DNA of 29,080 bases, taken from contig JBQTJZ010000227.1 of the NCBI GenBank assembly GCA_052386615.1, positions 1 through 29,080 of the forward strand, given 5' to 3'. This DNA is from Methylophilaceae bacterium (GTDB lineage: Bacteria; Pseudomonadota; Gammaproteobacteria; Burkholderiales; Methylophilaceae). The notes beneath the pieces were generated by a model. The model worked only from the letters and a program-made list of their open reading frames with translations, was not told the origin of the DNA and did no database searches. Positions within the stretch are counted from its first letter, which is position 1. The number at the start of each line of letters is the position of its first letter. Positions 26,125 to 29,080 of the stretch are shown piece by piece. The position numbers and the translations under genes were made by a program.

Positions 26125-27675
26125 TTAAAAATCGAATTGAGCGCGTATGGTGAGCGCATCTTCATGATCCAGCGTTTCATTTTGACCATTAACGCGTACA
26201 GTGACAGGCGTGTCATAGCGAGTTCTGATTAGATTGGCCACTAAACGCACATTTGGATTTAATATCCAGTTAGCACCTAAAGTCCATGAGTCTGCCTCAT
26301 GGGTAGCCACCAATAAACCTTCTGTTGTAGATGCAGGAGCGTTCAGCAAAACACCTGTTCCTGCTGCATTGCTTGCCTTAAAATCTGAGCCATCAAATTG
26401 GTCATAGCGCAAACCAACTTGAAATGCTCCCCAGCCTGCTGCTCCCTCTTTATAGTTATTTTTTGGTCTTAGCCTGCCAAAAACCCCATCTTTATAGAAA
26501 TCCGAGAACGACTCACCCGAGACATTCCACACCGCACTCGCAACCCAATCTGAAATTTGTCGGTTAAAATCGCTACCATCAAATTTCACTTTGATATATT
26601 CGCTTTGCAATTTAACCGGCCCATAGGCTAGGGCAGCTTCTAAACCAGATCTTGTTCTAGTGACATCACTGCCAAAGCCATTATTTAACAAGCCGCCGCA
26701 AGCCGCCGTTACCGCTGCAGTCACAGCACCTGCAGCGTTAGTCCCACAATTTGTCTGGAAAAATGCCAAGCCACGTGCATCGGTTGTTCCTGCCGGCACA
26801 GCACCAGCTTGACGACGCGAACCTTGATTGCCATCCGCATAAAATCCACCAAAATGCACAACACTGTTTTGCCATGAAAGTAACTCGGATAAGTTTGCGG
26901 TTAATCGTGCAGTCACATCCTTGCCATCAGTTTTAGCATTGTTTTCATCTGCTGTCCCGCTGCCATTAATATAGGCGAGGCTATAATTAAAGCTGGCAGT
27001 GGGTGATCCAAACACCATTACACCTCGGTCATAAGTGCTACCAAGCAGCGCATCGCCCATAGAACGTTCCTGAAAATCGGTAAAATTGCTGCTCATGGCG
27101 CGCTCCAAGCCATAATTTGGTTTGAACTGACCTAAGCGAAATTTAGCTGCCTGAAATTTGTTGATATCTATATACCCATAAGTAAGACTAGTGCCGGTCG
27201 CAGAGGAATATTCGCCCTCTATCCTTGCCACATAATCTTTGTAAAATGTCAGTGTGCCGCCAAGACGAGCCCGCCGTAAACTAAATGTGTCTGCTGCATC
27301 TACGTCAGGCGAAAACTTGCGATAATCACCCTGAATACGACCATTAATAGCCAATTTCCAGTTGCCACTACCATCTTCCAAGGTGATGCCGTCCTTGAAA
27401 GCCGCATAAACAGGAGCACCTTTACTACTCCCTTTTTCTTCAGTTTTAGCAATCTTAGATTGACTTAATTGGTTTTCAATGCCCACCAATTCTTTGGTGA
27501 TCAATTCCAACTGTTTATCCTGCTCCGCTCGTTGCTGCTGCATTATTAGCATTTTTGCTTCTAGTTCTTTAATGCGCAAAGCCATGTCTGATTCCTCAGC
27601 ATGAATGGGTGTTGAAAACGCGGACGTTAATGCCAAAAATAATAGTGATTTTGAAAAAACTAAATTGGTCTGCAT
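26125..27675 (-). CDS. OprO/OprP-family anion-selective porin with N-terminal coiled coil
   Basis: Signal peptide ending IHA-EE; coiled coil aa ~32-72; GRIQGDY, FSLRRARLG, RLGQFKPNYGLE...SSN...FQERS; alternating beta-strands; terminal Phe (RAQFDF); AGGGG RBS. Confidence 0.85.
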   Translation of the reverse strand: MQTNLVFSKSLLFLALTSAFSTPIHAEESDMALRIKELEAKMLIMQQQRAEQDKQLELITKELVGIENQLSQSKIAKTEEKGSSKGAPVYAAFKDGITLEDGSGNWKLAINGRIQGDYRKFSPDVDAADTFSLRRARLGGTLTFYKDYVARIEGEYSSATGTSLTYGYIDINKFQAAKFRLGQFKPNYGLERAMSSNFTDFQERSMGDALLGSTYDRGVMVFGSPTASFNYSLAYINGSGTADENNAKTDGKDVTARLTANLSELLSWQNSVVHFGGFYADGNQGSRRQAGAVPAGTTDARGLAFFQTNCGTNAAGAVTAAVTAACGGLLNNGFGSDVTRTRSGLEAALAYGPVKLQSEYIKVKFDGSDFNRQISDWVASAVWNVSGESFSDFYKDGVFGRLRPKNNYKEGAAGWGAFQVGLRYDQFDGSDFKASNAAGTGVLLNAPASTTEGLLVATHEADSWTLGANWILNPNVRLVANLIRTRYDTPVTVRVNGQNETLDHEDALTIRAQFDF

Positions 27676-27716
27676 GGCTGCCCCTATTATAATTTAATCT
27701 GATTAATGGATAATTT

Positions 27717-27766
27717 CGCTATTCCCATTGAATCATAACTAGCGCTATATTAAAACAGGAATAGCG
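27717..27766. promoter_or_regulatory. Two tandem ModE-type operator boxes
   Basis: CGCTAT-N12-ATAACT (27717-27740) and CGCTAT-N12-ATAGCG (27743-27766); the half-sites and 12-nt spacing match the ModE consensus ATCGCTATATA-N6-TATATAACGAT; located between modE and the porin-modABC run. Confidence 0.7.
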
Positions 27767-27789
27767 TAAAAATGGAGGATTAAATTAAG

Positions 27790-28140
27790 CTAATCGAGGG
27801 TTTTAAGGTGTGAGGTAATTTGACCAATTTCTAATTGGGCGGCTTTATTGGTTTTGCAGATTAAATCACGATAACTTTTCAGTATAAAAAAACCGAATTC
27901 TGTGACCTGCGCTCCACCACCATGGGCGCCACCTGGCGAAGTGCTCACAAGTGGTTGCGTGAAACTGCTGTTCATCATATCTACCAGTTCCCAGGCTCTT
28001 CTGTAAGACATCTTCATTTTTTTAGCTGCGGCCGAAATGGAACCGTTCGCTTCAATGTGTTCGAGCAAATCAGCCTTGCCTGGCCCCATTGCGATTGAAC
28101 GTCCTTTAGCTATTCTAATTTTAAGGTAATCTTCGTTCAT
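27790..28140 (-). CDS. modE: Short ModE-family regulator (winged-HTH only, no Mop/TOBE)
   Basis: AMGPGKADLLEHI...GSISAAAKKMKMSYRRAWELVDMMN...GGAHGGGAQVT; stops at 116 aa. Confidence 0.88.
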   Translation of the reverse strand: MNEDYLKIRIAKGRSIAMGPGKADLLEHIEANGSISAAAKKMKMSYRRAWELVDMMNSSFTQPLVSTSPGGAHGGGAQVTEFGFFILKSYRDLICKTNKAAQLEIGQITSHLKTLD

Positions 28141-28328
28141 TTTGTTGGCCGCAAAGAGGTAATAAGCAACGTAAAATCATAGATCAATTAAATACATTTT
28201 AATACCATTGCATAAAAAATGCGCCAAAATAGAACTTAGTACCTGTAAGGAATTTGTGTTTAATTTCCCCCATTCTATTTTCGACTGGATGTTATGTCTG
28301 ATACAACGGGAGAGTTTACTACGGATAT

Positions 28329-29080
28329 TTAAATATGTATCCTAGAGCCAAGCTCGATGACACTATTGCTGGGGATATTAAAATAGCCGACGACGCTGCC
28401 AGCGTTACGCGACATTGCTGCAAATAAATCATCGCGCCATTTAGCCATTTTGCCGCCGGGACCAGATACAATGGTTTCGCGACTAACAAAATAAGAAGTA
28501 CTGAAAGGATCTATTTTCACCCCTTCAATTTCACATTGCTCCAGCGCTTTAGGGATATTCGGCGTTTCCATAAAACCATACTGCAAGGTTACTTGCCAAA
28601 ATCCGGAGCCAATTTCTTTGATGTGTAATCGTTGTTTGTGAGCAACTGATGGAGCGTCTAAAAACTTAACCGTTAAAATCAAATTAGTTTGATGCAGCAC
28701 TTGGTTATGTTTAATGTTATGCAACAAAGCTTGTGGTACGGTATCTGGATTCGCATTTAAAAATATCGCAGTGCGCTCAATCCTAGTTCTTTTTTCCTGA
28801 TTAATATTATTCACAAAATCGGCCAGTTTCGGGTCATCTTCATGAATATATTGCAACAAGATCTCGCGACCTTGTTTCCATGTCCACATTAATACGACTA
28901 ATACACCACCAAGTGCAATTGGGAACCAACCCCCTTTGAAAAACTTTACCGAACACGAAGCAAGCAATAATGTATCGAGTAATATAAACGTACCCGTAGC
29001 ACCTAAAGCCAACCATAGCGGGTATTTCCAATTATGGCGTAATACAAAGTAAGTAAGTATAGTAGTAATTAACATGGTAC
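28329..29080 (-). CDS. kup: Kup/HAK potassium transporter, 5'-truncated by the window edge
   Basis: KFFKGGWFP, TWKQG, RTAIFL, LLHNIKHNQVLH, YGFME, SYFVSRET, LFAAMSRNA, VIELG; the frame stays open to the window end. Confidence 0.95.
   Translation of the reverse strand, partial: TMLITTILTYFVLRHNWKYPLWLALGATGTFILLDTLLLASCSVKFFKGGWFPIALGGVLVVLMWTWKQGREILLQYIHEDDPKLADFVNNINQEKRTRIERTAIFLNANPDTVPQALLHNIKHNQVLHQTNLILTVKFLDAPSVAHKQRLHIKEIGSGFWQVTLQYGFMETPNIPKALEQCEIEGVKIDPFSTSYFVSRETIVSGPGGKMAKWRDDLFAAMSRNAGSVVGYFNIPSNSVIELGSRIHI

Noticed and set aside
28141-28328. Moco/tungsten riboswitch or small RNA in the kup-modE gap
   Set aside because: AT-rich, with only short weak dyads and no convincing multi-stem structure by eye; an Rfam cmscan would settle it.
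1-29080. CRISPR array, rRNA, prophage or defence island
   Set aside because: No regularly spaced repeats, rRNA signatures, phage genes or recognisable defence genes were seen.

Overview
Chromosomal core/accessory window from a betaproteobacterium, most like Methylophilaceae (Methylotenera-like); this is inferred from protein resemblance and no search was run. Left to right it holds: tRNA-Arg(TCT) and tRNA-His(GTG); a HAD-IIA phosphatase; a ~14.7 kb co-oriented run (sigma54-type response regulator, ExeA/MshM-like ATPase, lipoprotein secretin, TPR protein, MshEN-bearing assembly ATPase, platform protein, three alignment-type proteins, two large prepilin-like proteins, then moeB); an NfeD/SPFH pair; a short photolyase with inverted domain order and four candidate Fe-S cysteines; valS; three small genes (VOC, small membrane protein, BFD-like 2Fe-2S). 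On the minus strand there follows kup (partial) > short ModE > tandem ModE-type boxes > OprO/OprP-family porin > modA > modB > short modC > rhodanese > tusA > dsrE2. No integrase, transposase, rRNA or CRISPR array was seen. Best leads: (1) a ModE-box-preceded anion porin as first gene of a molybdate ABC operon with no TOBE/Mop sensor domain, followed by an rhd-tusA-dsrE2 sulfur relay; (2) the domain-inverted, probably Fe-S photolyase; (3) a rearranged MSHA-like pilus/secretion locus whose tip-type pilin carries a tandem duplicated globular domain. All motif calls were made by eye.
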